Shown piece after piece: positions 63,075 through 64,000 of a stretch of DNA of 64,000 bases (its first letter is position 1; the number at the start of each line of letters is the position of its first letter). The stretch is from NCBI GenBank assembly GCA_903889905.1, contig CAISZI010000047.1:80096-144095 (forward strand), read 5' to 3'. The DNA comes from Candidatus Wirthbacteria bacterium (GTDB lineage: Bacteria; Patescibacteriota; CG2-30-54-11). The position numbers and the translations under genes were made by a program. The notes beneath the pieces were generated by a model. That model ran no database searches. It was not told where the DNA came from and saw only the letters and a program-made list of their open reading frames with translations.

Positions 63075-64000
63075 ATGTCTGAAATCATCCCAACACCAGG
63101 AGCCACGGAACCCACTTCCACCGCTCCTGTTTCTGTGTCCGCCCCTGCCGCGACAGTTGCCGCAAAACCCGCCGAGCCCAAAACTCCCCGGGACGCCAGC
63201 ATTGAAGCGCAACTCAAGCTCATGCTCAGCTACGGCGTGCACTTTGGCCACCAGACCAGCCGCTGGAACCCCAAAATGAAAAAGTACATTTTCACCACCC
63301 GCAATGGCATCCACATTATTGACCTGCTGCAGACCGTTGACCTCCTGGCCGAGTCCAAAAGCAAAGTGCGTGAAATTGCCGCCCGCGGTGGCAAAGTTTT
63401 GTTTGTCTGTACCAAACGCCAGGGCCAGCAGAAAACCATGGAAACTGCCCAATCCTGTGGTATGCCCTTCATTGTCAGCCGCTGGGTCGGTGGCATGTTC
63501 ACCAACTTTCGCGTCATCAGCAAACAGATCAAGGAATACATCGAAATCAAGGCCAAAAGTGACAGCGGCGAACTCGATGTCATGCTCAAAAAAGAACGCA
63601 GCGTACTCAACAAAAAACTGGAACGCATGAATGACCTCTATCAGGGTTTGACCGAAGTCACTCGTCTCCCCGACATGATTTTTATCATTGACCCCCATCG
63701 TGAACGCATTGCCATCAAAGAAGCCACGACCCTGCACGTCCCGATCATGGCTTCGGTTGACACCAACTGCAATCCTGATGAAATCACCTTCCCCATCCCG
63801 GCCAACGACGACGCCATCCGTTCCATTAACTTTGTGCTGGACGAAGTTGGCGCTGCCATCAACGAAGGCCGTGCGGAATTCATTGCCAAGGGTGCCAAAG
63901 CGGCAGCCGCAGCGGCTGCTGCCAAACCCGAAACCGTGGTCGAAGAAATCAAGGTCAACCTCAACGATGTCACCGAAGTCGCCGTACTTGAACAACAGGA
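63075..64000 (+). CDS. rpsB: 30S ribosomal protein S2 (3' end outside window; absent from the ORF track)
   Basis: GVHFGHQTSRWNPKMKKYIF, GIHIIDL, VDTNCNP and PIPANDDAIRSI; SD ggagg. Confidence 0.97.
   Translation, partial: MSEIIPTPGATEPTSTAPVSVSAPAATVAAKPAEPKTPRDASIEAQLKLMLSYGVHFGHQTSRWNPKMKKYIFTTRNGIHIIDLLQTVDLLAESKSKVREIAARGGKVLFVCTKRQGQQKTMETAQSCGMPFIVSRWVGGMFTNFRVISKQIKEYIEIKAKSDSGELDVMLKKERSVLNKKLERMNDLYQGLTEVTRLPDMIFIIDPHRERIAIKEATTLHVPIMASVDTNCNPDEITFPIPANDDAIRSINFVLDEVGAAINEGRAEFIAKGAKAAAAAAAAKPETVVEEIKVNLNDVTEVAVLEQQ

Noticed and set aside
1-64000. CRISPR array, integron attC array, prophage or alternative genetic code
   Set aside because: No regularly spaced repeats, integrase or phage genes were seen, and TGA serves as a normal stop in several genes.

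Overview
Gene-dense bacterial DNA (genetic code 11). It runs from the 3' end of typA to the 5' part of rpsB. The gene repertoire suggests a CPR/Patescibacteria genome (inference): housekeeping genes (typA, trpS, tig, rpsB, queH, a DHH phosphoesterase, a WecA-like transferase, two ABC exporters) are interspersed with many large surface proteins. I found no rRNA, tRNA, CRISPR array, transposase or reverse transcriptase. Highlights: (1) A ~1.2-kb minus-strand transcription unit (53480-54699) has a ~550-nt densely paired leader and a 3' trailer complementary to it. These would close a secreted-protein ORF, with a hairpin-sequestered SD and a Chloroflexi-like C-terminal 'FLP' motif, inside one RNA fold. 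(2) A WxL/DUF916-like surface-fibre operon (25794-34597) includes an output-less TM-PAS protein. It is followed by a cassette array of variable small Cys membrane proteins, apparently built by recombination at a duplicated copy of the adhesin's last 66 bp. (3) Two unannotated homologous small ORFs share QNYSxxHDYLY with synonymous divergence. (4) Three apparent pseudo-enzymes (GT2, metzincin-like, M23-like) lie around tig. (5) A 3756-aa DUF11/isopeptide adhesin has mosaic internal repeats and a sortase-like tail. (6) One gene fuses an acyltransferase-like and a deacetylase-like domain. All family assignments come from reading motifs by eye; no database searches were run.
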